A stretch of 64,000 bases of DNA from an uncultured Planctomycetaceae bacterium (GTDB lineage Bacteria; Planctomycetota; Planctomycetia; Planctomycetales; Planctomycetaceae), in the NCBI GenBank assembly GCA_963815195.1, contig CAWFGE010000023.1, positions 64,001 to 128,000 on the forward strand, written 5' to 3'. Both the position numbers and the translations under genes were made by a program. Below the pieces are notes generated by a model, which ran no database searches, had not been told where the DNA came from, and saw nothing but the letters and a program-made list of their open reading frames with translations. Of this stretch, positions 13,884 to 22,790 are shown piece after piece (the stretch's first letter is position 1; every line of letters starts with the position of its first letter).

Positions 13884-14324
13884 TCAATCCTTTGCGGCGG
13901 CGGGGAATTCGCAGAGGGGCACGCTGTCAGTCGGCTCGGCGAGGATTTCCGCGAGCGTCGATTGCCGGAACGCGTCTTCCACCAGCGCCATCGCGCGGTC
14001 CATCCGAAAATGCAGCGGGCACAAGCGAACGCCGTGGCTCTTGAGTTCCAACGGGCAGGTGCGGATTCGCTGGATGGGTTCGACCGCGTTGACCACGTCC
14101 AAGACGGTGATCTCTTCGGGCGATTGGGCCAGCGAAAACCCGCCGCGCACGCCGCGATGCGATCGCACCAAGCCTTTGCGGGTCAGGTTTTGGAGCACCT
14201 TGGACAAATAAGCCGGGGGGACCTTCGTCTTCTCGGCGATTTGCTCGGTGGGCTGCGGCTCGTCCGAAAACCCCGCCAAATAAACCATTGCCCGCAGGGC
14301 ATACTCCACGGTTTGAGAGAGCAT
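13884..14324 (-). CDS. Rrf2-family transcriptional regulator, probably Fe-S binding
   Basis: SQTVEYALRA, YLSKVLQNL, SHRGVRGGFSLA, CPL...CPLH and a C-terminal Cys. Confidence 0.92.
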   Translation of the reverse strand: MLSQTVEYALRAMVYLAGFSDEPQPTEQIAEKTKVPPAYLSKVLQNLTRKGLVRSHRGVRGGFSLAQSPEEITVLDVVNAVEPIQRIRTCPLELKSHGVRLCPLHFRMDRAMALVEDAFRQSTLAEILAEPTDSVPLCEFPAAAKD

Positions 14325-14484
14325 CTATGAAAAAACTCCTGGAAATGATGTTCACGCTGTTCCTATCCATCATAGGCGGCCAGGCCAACGGGGAACAGCC
14401 GAAAGGTCGCGAGCTTTGGCGGGGCGTGCTAAACTGCGAGGACGAAAATCACCCGCATTTCGCGAATTTGATGAAGGATGCCTC

Positions 14485-15927
14485 ATGCCCCTGCCGATTT
14501 TTGCCCGCCTGGTTTGTTTGGCCTGTCTGATTTTTGGAACAACGTCGCTCACCGCCGCGGAGCCGGCCGTGAAGGGGCAGGATTGGCCCCGGTTTTTGGG
14601 GCCGCATCAAAACAACGTCGCCGACGAGACCGACGTGCTCAAAGCCTGGCCCCAAGGCGGACCCAAGGTGCTGTGGCAGAAGCGGGTCGGCACCGGCTAC
14701 AGCGCTCCCTCCGTGCGCGGGGATCGGTTGGTGATTCATCACCGCGTGGACGATGAGGAATTGATCGAATGCCGGGACGCCATCACCGGCGACGTGGTGT
14801 GGACCGATAAATATCCCACGACCTACGAAGACCCTTACGGCTACAACAACGGCCCGCGGGCAACGCCCATCCTCACCCAGGACCGCACTTACACCTACGG
14901 AGCCGAGGGCAAACTCACCTGTGTGGACCTCAAGACCGGCAAAAGAATCTGGCAGCGGGACGTCAAGAAGGACTTCAATCTGCCCCAGTGGTTCTTTGGC
15001 ATCGGCTGCACGCCGATCTTGGAAGGCGATCTGTTGATTGCCCACGTCGGCGGGCAGCCCAACTCCGGCGTGGTCGCGTTCAATGCGAAAACCGGCGAAA
15101 CCGTCTGGGAAAGCGTGGGCAAGAAGACCTGGGACGGCGTCAAAACCGGCTTTTCTCCCGACGACACCTACGAATGGACCGGCAAAGAGCAGATCATCAG
15201 TTATTCCTCGCCGATCGCCGTCACCATCCACGGCAAGCGGCACGTGCTGTGCTTGCTTCGGCACGGGCTGGTCTCGCTCGATCCCAAAGACGGCAGCGAA
15301 CGTTTTAAATACTGGTTCCGCTCGCGGGCTTTCGAATCCGTCAACGCCGCCCGCCCCGTGGTGATGGGCGATAAAATTTTCCTCTCCGCGGCTTACAAAG
15401 TCGGCTCGGCGCTACTTCAGGTCCATCCCGATTCCAAAGGCGTCAAGGAGATTTGGCGGGACAATGAGAACCTGCTCACGCACTGGTCCACCGCGATTCC
15501 GGTGGACGGCTCCATTTACGGCTTCAGTGGCCGGCACGAGCAGGAAGGCGAACTCCGCTGCCTCGATCTGAAAACCGGCAAAGTCCTGTGGAAGACCACC
15601 GGCTTCGACGGCGACCTGTCCGACCTCGATCAGGACCCGATGACCGGCGTCATCAAGGACAAGAAAACCGGCAAAGCCGTGCCCTGGCCGTTCTTCGGCC
15701 GCGGTTCGAAAATCCGCATCGGCGACCGCTTCTTGATCCTCGGCGAACGCGGCACCCTGGCCCTCGCCCGCATCAGCCAGACCAAGTACGAAGAACTCGG
15801 CCGCTGCTCCTACAAACAAATCCACCACCCCGCCTGGACCGCCCCGGTCCTCGCCCACGGCCTCATCTATCTCCGCGGCGAAGACGCGCTGATCTGCTTG
15901 GACACGCGGCCAAAGGCGGCGAAGTGA
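14485..15927 (+). CDS. Secreted PQQ-binding-like beta-propeller protein
   Basis: Signal peptide, DWPRFLGP, GYSAP, GPRATP, SYSSP, WTAPVLAHG. Confidence 0.85.
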   Translation: MPLPIFARLVCLACLIFGTTSLTAAEPAVKGQDWPRFLGPHQNNVADETDVLKAWPQGGPKVLWQKRVGTGYSAPSVRGDRLVIHHRVDDEELIECRDAITGDVVWTDKYPTTYEDPYGYNNGPRATPILTQDRTYTYGAEGKLTCVDLKTGKRIWQRDVKKDFNLPQWFFGIGCTPILEGDLLIAHVGGQPNSGVVAFNAKTGETVWESVGKKTWDGVKTGFSPDDTYEWTGKEQIISYSSPIAVTIHGKRHVLCLLRHGLVSLDPKDGSERFKYWFRSRAFESVNAARPVVMGDKIFLSAAYKVGSALLQVHPDSKGVKEIWRDNENLLTHWSTAIPVDGSIYGFSGRHEQEGELRCLDLKTGKVLWKTTGFDGDLSDLDQDPMTGVIKDKKTGKAVPWPFFGRGSKIRIGDRFLILGERGTLALARISQTKYEELGRCSYKQIHHPAWTAPVLAHGLIYLRGEDALICLDTRPKAAK

Positions 15928-15961
15928 GGGTGGAGCGAGGAAAAAGGGCGTAACCTATCGC

Positions 15962-16032
15962 CTGGTTCCCAAGCTCCACAGTGTGTGGATTTAATCGGGA
16001 CAACCACACAGGCCGTCCAGGTTGGGAACGAG
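15962..16032. repeat. Nested palindromic repeat (outer GTTCCCAA/TTGGGAAC, inner TGTGTGG/CCACACA)
   Basis: Two nested inverted repeats read directly between convergent genes. Confidence 0.6.
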
Positions 16033-16072
16033 CGGTGGAAGGTCGTGAGACATGGGAGAACCGATTTCGCTC

Positions 16073-17098
16073 TCAGCTGATATATGCCGTCGGCCACTGC
16101 CGGGAACGCAACCCTAATGCGAGATACTCTGGATTCGGACGCGCATCGATCACGTTCGGCAATGCGATATGTTCCGGAAGCCGCCCTCGGAATTCGTCCA
16201 AACCCATGTCAAGCTGCAAAACGACAAGCTGCGAAGCCTTGTCGGGATTGACCACAATCTTATAACTCGACTGCACCCCCAAAAGCCCATTGTCGTAGGC
16301 TCCGTGGTGCAACCGGCACAGAGCTAGGCCATTGGTGACATCGTCGGTGGATTGAGGGTCGGACACCGGCACGATATGCGCCGCATCGACAAGCTTCAAA
16401 GCCGTTCCGCAGACCGCACAGCAATACCGGTAGGCCCTGAGCACCTTCGGCCGGAACTGCGCTTCCCGATACGCCCGCATTGTTTGAACCAGGTCGTATC
16501 GGCGCGCGGCTTGGATTTCATCTTCCGACTCATCCAAAAAGTTCCGTTCGTCGTCGTAGGCGGCGTCGGCCAGATCGGCGACGGCGGATGAATCCTCTTC
16601 GGAATTATGCAGCGGCAATCCCCGCTCGACATACCACAGGAGAGAATCCGGCTGAACCGCGACGACCACTTCTCGGCCCATTTCCGTGGGACGGAGATAC
16701 GTTGCGATTCCAGCGTGGAAGGCGGTTTCAAGCGTTTGCCGATTGACTTGAAGACTGTTTGACCGGCTTCGAAACCTCGTGTGCCGGCGGGGATCCCAAA
16801 AGACATACACGCCATGCTCGGCATTCCAGCCGCCCAACAACGTCCGCACGCCGGGCTGAAGCGGAATGCCTCTCAAACCGGTGGCCTGAATCCGCATTTC
16901 ATTCTCGGGCCGATTGCGTCCGCCCGGCGTAACAGCCCACAGGAAGAGGATACAATCCGTGGTCCCTTCGGAAGTGATGACTCGCAATCGTGCCGGTCGT
17001 TCCGGATCCGTTTCGCGTTCCCGGATGACCGTGGCGCTGGATCGTTCCAACGTCGCGACAAACTCATCGACCAATCGAGAGAAAGGAATCCCCGGCAT
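16073..17098 (-). CDS. HNH endonuclease with an uncharacterised N-terminal domain (putative restriction nuclease)
   Basis: C-terminal FRPKVLRAY..CAVC...DAAHIVP...NGLALCRLHHGAYD HNH; 12 bp downstream of the MTase. Confidence 0.85.
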   Translation of the reverse strand: MPGIPFSRLVDEFVATLERSSATVIRERETDPERPARLRVITSEGTTDCILFLWAVTPGGRNRPENEMRIQATGLRGIPLQPGVRTLLGGWNAEHGVYVFWDPRRHTRFRSRSNSLQVNRQTLETAFHAGIATYLRPTEMGREVVVAVQPDSLLWYVERGLPLHNSEEDSSAVADLADAAYDDERNFLDESEDEIQAARRYDLVQTMRAYREAQFRPKVLRAYRYCCAVCGTALKLVDAAHIVPVSDPQSTDDVTNGLALCRLHHGAYDNGLLGVQSSYKIVVNPDKASQLVVLQLDMGLDEFRGRLPEHIALPNVIDARPNPEYLALGLRSRQWPTAYIS

Positions 17099-17110
17099 TC
17101 CATTGCACCT

Positions 17111-18118
17111 TTAGTCCTTGGAAGGTTTGCGTTTTCCCGTCGAATGGCCTTGTTTCGCGGACAACTCATTGCCCGGTGCATCATCGAAAAGCGGTCCTGT
17201 TTCAAACCGAATCATGGAGCCTGCGACGTAGTTTGGTTCGAGTTCGGAAGCGATCCAACGACGATTGGTTTGATTGCAAACCGATCCCGTTACGTTGCTG
17301 CCGGCAAATGGGTCGATCACCAAATCCCCCGGTTTCGTGAGAAAGTCGATAAAAAACTTAACCAGTTGTTCGGGATAGCGCGCGGGATGGGGCTTTATGC
17401 CGCGCTTCCTGCATTCCCGGAGATAGGTGCTGTTGGATTCCGTGTTCGCGATCTGAATCAAATTCGGGGGAATCGCACCGCCGTTATCCTTTTGAAACTT
17501 TGTCGAGATGTCATGTCCGGACGGACGCTTCTTGGCTTTATACCCGTTTTTGATGAGGTTCTTCATGCTGTCGCTATATGGCTGAAGCACGCGGCGGTTG
17601 TCAGCGTTTGGGTATTCCGTCTTGCCGAACCACCAAACCATATTGACCGCATCCTTAACACGAATCCGGCGGACCGTCACCCACTCGGCGGGCGTCGGCA
17701 AACGGGCGGGGTTATACCAATAAAATTCCTGCGCCAGATGAAATTCTTTCGCCAAACGAACGGCAAGCTCAAAGTGATAGATGCTTCGGACCGGCGCTCC
17801 GGGAACCCAAGCCCCGCCGATGTCGAGTACGAAGCTCCCCTCCGCCTTCAAGATGCGCTTGATTTCAAGACAAAAAGGCATGAACCATTCCAGATATTTA
17901 TCCAGAGGCTCGTTGCCGTACTCTTTCTTGCGCGTTAAGGCGAAAGGCGGGGACGTGATGACAAGATCGACGCTTTCACTCGGAAGCGTAGTCAGCAATT
18001 CCAGAGCGTCCATTTCAAACATCGCCCCCAAGGGAGTGCTATAGGCCGGGGTGAGATCTGAGATTCTATAGGTTTTGGTCCAACCTAGGTCTTTATCAAA
18101 TCCGCCGCGGGTGAGCAT
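17111..18118 (-). CDS. Beta-class site-specific DNA methyltransferase, N4-cytosine type, M.PvuII-like
   Basis: TSPPFALTRKKEYGN (motif IV SPPF) precedes DPFAGSN (motif I); RPSGHDI, DNGGAIPPNL and HPAR segments as in M.PvuII. Confidence 0.92.
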   Translation of the reverse strand: MLTRGGFDKDLGWTKTYRISDLTPAYSTPLGAMFEMDALELLTTLPSESVDLVITSPPFALTRKKEYGNEPLDKYLEWFMPFCLEIKRILKAEGSFVLDIGGAWVPGAPVRSIYHFELAVRLAKEFHLAQEFYWYNPARLPTPAEWVTVRRIRVKDAVNMVWWFGKTEYPNADNRRVLQPYSDSMKNLIKNGYKAKKRPSGHDISTKFQKDNGGAIPPNLIQIANTESNSTYLRECRKRGIKPHPARYPEQLVKFFIDFLTKPGDLVIDPFAGSNVTGSVCNQTNRRWIASELEPNYVAGSMIRFETGPLFDDAPGNELSAKQGHSTGKRKPSKD

Positions 18119-18494
18119 CGTGCATCATCCAAAAAGTGTTGAGTTCACTCCAACCCGGAATGTGGAAACGTCTCGCTGGTGAGTATGACCGTTTCCGAAA
18201 TCAAAATCAAATGGTCTGATGCAGATGGACCACTTTCAGACCGCTAATCCCGCGCGTTTTTGTTTCGCATCCATTGTTCGGGGAAGTCGGCGGGTTCGGA
18301 GCCGGACTTTAACCTGAGGTTCGCGCCCATGTTGCGTTTGTGGCTGAAGGGGACGCGGTTGGCGCTGGCTTCTTCCACGATCTTGTGGAGGTCCGCCCGC
18401 ATTTGGCGTGCGTTGCTGCTCCTTGGGATCGAAGTTTTCGTAGGGCAGGCAGGACGGCAATGTCAATTATGAACTTATGTTCCGTGCTACCGCA

Positions 18495-18798
18495 CATCGA
18501 TCGATTCGTGTTATTTCCCTTTCTCGACGCATCGGATCGAAAACGCATTCAACGAACCTGCAGCAGCATAGATCGCGAGACGAATACGGCGCGAAAGGAT
18601 TGGTGAGGATTTCCACCGCACGGCGTGGCAATCGGTGAAAACGGCGGGGGCGACCTATTGATCTTGATTCCAATGCCCGACCATCCCGACACGCTGCAAT
18701 ACACGGCATATTGGTGGGATCATGAAATCGGCGAGATCGAACCAGTTGCCGATGACTTCCGCGACCTGCCGAAATCGTCAGGGGCATGTACCTCGTAG
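18495..18798 (+). pseudogene. SMI1/KNR4 (SUKH) family immunity-protein remnant
   Basis: Hand translation LFPFLDASDRKRIQRTCSSIDRETNTARKDW*GFPPHGVAIGENGGGDLLIL...YWWDHEIGEIEPVADDF; in-frame TGA at 18604-18606; N-terminus missing. Confidence 0.7.
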
Positions 18799-19172
18799 GC
18801 TCCGCTCTGCGAAGCATCTCGATGTCTGAAATCGTTCGGCCTCCATTTCAGAACTCGTTCCTTCGCCAAGCAAAAGTTGTTGTCCCGCCAAGAATTGACG
18901 GATGAATTCCAAGCCAGGCGGCGGGATGGCGCGTGCTTTAAGCCCGCCGCGGGATCGAGTCCCAGAAGAGTGGGTGCGCCGGTAAGCGCGTTCGATGCGC
19001 GCCGCTCAATGCTTGGGTGATTGGGCGTGTGGACCCGTGTGCGACCGTGGGCGGGTGTATCGATGGGAAAAATCGCCTTTTTCGCCAGCGCATCGACTTG
19101 GGCTAGGATTTCGTCTCGCGAAACGGGTAGTATGGGGAAACTGGAAAAAATGTAGGCTGGGTCTCGCAACTT

Positions 19173-22100
19173 ATGAACGTTGATGAACTGCTGAGGATTC
19201 TTGGTGAGCGCCGTATCACCTTATGGGTGGATGGGAAGGCCTTGCACTTTCGCGGGGAAGCGGGTGTTCTCGATTCCGAGTTGCTGTCAGAACTACGCCG
19301 GAATAAAAAAGACCTCATCGCCAAACTGCTGGAAGAACAGAATTCGCCCCCAACCAAGTCAATTGAGGGCGAATACTGTTCGCTGTCGCTGGGGCAGCAG
19401 GCGTTGTATTACTTGCACGTCGCGCATCCGCAGAGTGCCGCTTACAACGTCGCCTCCGCCGCACGGATTTGTTCGCCAATCGAACTGGATGCGATGCGAG
19501 AATCCTTCCGGGCGCTGATTGCCCGGCACGACGCGTTGCGGACCACGTTCGAAATCCGCCACGGCCAGCCTTGGGCCCACGTCCATCCGCACGGCGAGTT
19601 GGATTTCGAGCAGCGAATGGTGCCCGAGGGGAATGAAGACGAACTCGAAGCCGAAATCCGCCGGGAGTATCAGCGGCCGTTCGATCTCGCACGCGGTCCG
19701 CTATTGCGGGTTCGGGTTTGGACCCAGTCGCCCGCGAAGCATGTGTTTTTGATGACGCTGCATCACATCATCTTTGATGCCTGGTCGTTGTGGCTGATTC
19801 AAGACGAATTCCGGCAACTCTATCGGCAGTACACGGGCGGTTCACCGGCGCTATTTCCCACATTGGACCAGCGGTATCAAACGTTTGCCGAGGACCAGAA
19901 CGCACTGCGAACCAGCGAACAAGGCGAGAAGCTGTGGACATATTGGCGGGAACGCCTGGCCGGGGAACTGAGCCCCACGGATTTGCGGTTCGATCGGCCG
20001 CGGCGGATCGGCGCGGAACTCCAAGGTGACACGCACCACTTTCGGATTTCCAAAGACCTCTCCTCCCGGCTCCGCGCGTTGGGCCGATCGCAAGGGGCAA
20101 CGCCGTTCGTGGTGCTGCTGGCGATTTTCAAAGTCTTACTGTCGCGGTACACGGGCCAGACGGATCAAATTGTGGGAACGAGCACTTGGGGGCGGTCGAA
20201 TCCCAAATACCGCCGGGTCGTGGGATATTTCGTCAACACCGTCCCGATTCGGAGTGACACTTCGGGCGATCCCACGTTTTCCCAATTTCTGGGGCACATT
20301 AAAACGCGGACATTGGAGGCCCTCGAGCATCAGGATTTTCCGTTTCCGCTGTTGGTGGACCGTTTGAATCCCCGCCGGGAATCCGGGCAGTCGCCGATCT
20401 GCAACGTGATGTTCGGCGTGCAAAAGCCCCAGCAGTTCAGCGAAGTCATGCGGTTGTTCGACGAAGACGCCGAGGCCATCGATTGGGGCGGTTTGGAGGT
20501 GCATCCTTTCCAACTGAACCAGCAAGAAGGTCAATTTGATCTGACGATGGACCTGTTTGAGACGACCGATTCGTTCTGGGGTGCGCTGAAATACGATCCG
20601 GAGCTTTTCGATCGCGAGACGGTGGAACGCATGGCCCGGCATTTTGTGCATTTGGCCGAGGGAATTGCCCAAGACCCCAGCCGGGCGATTACGGATTATG
20701 ATCTTTCGCCGGCGGAAGAACGGTTCGCCATCCAGGCGTTTTGCGAATCCGGTCCGCGAGTCGCGGTGTCCAACGAGCGAGTGCACCGCCTGTTCGAGCA
20801 GCAAGCCGCCCGCTCGCCCCGCCAAATCGCCCTCGTCTGTGGCCGGCTCGCATTGACGTACGAGGAAGTCAATCACCGGGCGAATCAGGCTGCCTGCTTG
20901 CTGCGCGAAGAAAGCGTAAAACAAGGCACGCTCGTCGCCTGCCGGTTGGAACGCGGTCTGGATTCGGCCGTGTGGCTGCTCGCGATCTGGAAGGCCGGCG
21001 GCGTGTATCTCCCCTTGGATGCCGCGGATCCCCACGCCCGCTGCGCACAAATCCTGGAAAACTCCCGAGCGGAACTGCTCATCACCCAATCATCGCTGGA
21101 CTGGAACAGCGGCCAAAATTCATCGGCCGGTTCGCATCGGACGCTGCTTTTGGACGAACTCTCGGACCGGCTCAGTCAATACGCAGGCGACGAATTTGAC
21201 GGAGGAAATCTCCCCGCGAAGTTTGGCGTATATCCTGCACACCTCCGGTTCCACCGGCACCCCGAAGGGGGTTTGCGTTTCGCATGCGGCCTTGGCGGAG
21301 CATCTGCTTTCGATCCGCGAGGTCTATCAGCTCAAACCGGAAGACCGGGTGCTGCACTTCCATAATTTTACGTTCGACCCCTCGCTGGAAGAGTTGCTCG
21401 CTCCCTGGAGCGTGGGAGCAACGGTGCTGCTCAGGGGCGAGGACCTGTGGACGCCGGACACGTTTTGGGAAATCGTGCAAGATCAAAACGTGACGGTCGT
21501 GGATTTGCCGCCCGCGTATTTTCGGCAGTGCAATGAAGTGCTGGAACGAACCGGTGGAATTCCGGCGTCGCTTCGGCTGTTGATTATCGGCGGGGATGTT
21601 TTTCCCGCCGAGATGCTGAGCACATGGAAGGATTCCGGCGTGCGGATTCTCAATGCTTACGGGCCGACCGAAGCGGTGATCACGGCCACCGTCTATGATG
21701 CGACAGAGCATGACGTCGCGGTTCACCCTCGTGCGCCCATCGGCCGGCCCAAGCGGGGCCTGCGGGCGTATGTGCTCGACTCGCGGGGCCGGCCTTCACC
21801 GGTGGGCGTGCCGGGCGAACTCTATCTCGCCGGCCCGATGCTCGCCGACGGCTATTGGCGGGATCCGGAATTGACAGCCCGAAAGTTTCCCGCAAATCCC
21901 TTTGCCGAGGGCGGAATGTACCGCACCGGCGATCGCGCGGCCTGGCGGGCGGATGGAATGTTGGAGTTCCTCGGCCGGCGGGATCGGCAATTCAAAATCC
22001 ACGGCTTCCGCGTAGAAACGGCAGAAGTTGAGAGTCTCTTGAACCGCTCTCCGGGCGTTCGGCAGTCGTGTGTTCTCCCGCGGCGCGATTCCCAAGACGA

Positions 22101-22551
22101 ACCGTATCTCGTGGCCTGGATCGAAAGTGATGCCGACGCGGCAACTTTCGAGGCGGACGTCCGAACCGCTCTCAAACAACGCCTGCCGCAGTACATGCTG
22201 CCCCGGTATTTCGTCGTGCTGCCGCGATTGCCGGTCAAGGCCTCCGGGAAGATTGATGAGCACGCCTTGCCGGAACCGGAATCCTCTCCGCGTGTGCAGG
22301 CCGAATACATTGCCCCGCAATCACCCTGCGAGAAAAAGCTCGCGCGAATTTGGTCGGAGGTTTTGGAAGTGGAGGCCGTCGGAATCCATGATAACTTTTT
22401 CGATCTCGGCGGCGGATCTTTGACCAGTCTGCGAGTTGTCGCCTTAGCCCGGGACGAAGGCTTACTCGTCCAAGGCCTGCCGATGGGGCCCGAACTCTTG
22501 TTTGAATATCCCACCATCGCCGAACTCGCCGCCCTCTTGGACCCGTACTGA
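19173..22551 (+). CDS. Single-module NRPS: TubC-type N-terminal docking domain - C - A - PCP, no TE (frameshift near 21187)
   Basis: Docking-like N-terminus; HHIIFDA; A-domain LAYILHTSGSTGTPKG, FDPS, NAYGPTE, GELYLAG, YRTGD, SGKID; PCP FFDLGGGSL. Two ORFs join by removing one base. Confidence 0.92.
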
Positions 22552-22574
22552 AATTTCCACGCTGAAGCACAATA

Positions 22575-22752
22575 AAATCCGAAATCCGAATCTCGAAATC
22601 CGAAACAAATCCAAATGTCCAAAACTCCAAGTCGCAAAACTTTGAGCGACAAAGCACGAAAATTGGGAACGAATCCGCACAGTTTCGTTTGAGACATTCG
22701 GATTTGAGATTTTGAATTTGTTTCGGATTTTCGGATTTCGATATTCGAATTT
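22575..22752. repeat. Long imperfect inverted repeat built from AAATCCG-type heptamers (MITE-like)
   Basis: aaatccgaaatccgaatctcgaaatccgaaacaaat ... atttgtttcggattttcggatttcgatattcgaattt. Confidence 0.8.
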
Positions 22753-22790
22753 TAATCCTGCAGAATGCCACTCGATCAAGGCAAACAATC

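Noticed and set aside
17111..18118. Assigning CAGCTG specificity from M.PvuII similarity
   Set aside because: Specificity cannot be read from motifs by eye; methylome data are needed
18604..18606. Selenocysteine or readthrough at the in-frame TGA
   Set aside because: The gene also lacks its N-terminus and the position is not an evident Cys site; a pseudogene is simpler
21180..21215. Programmed ribosomal frameshift in the NRPS
   Set aside because: No slippery heptamer, and similar indels occur in unrelated genes across the window
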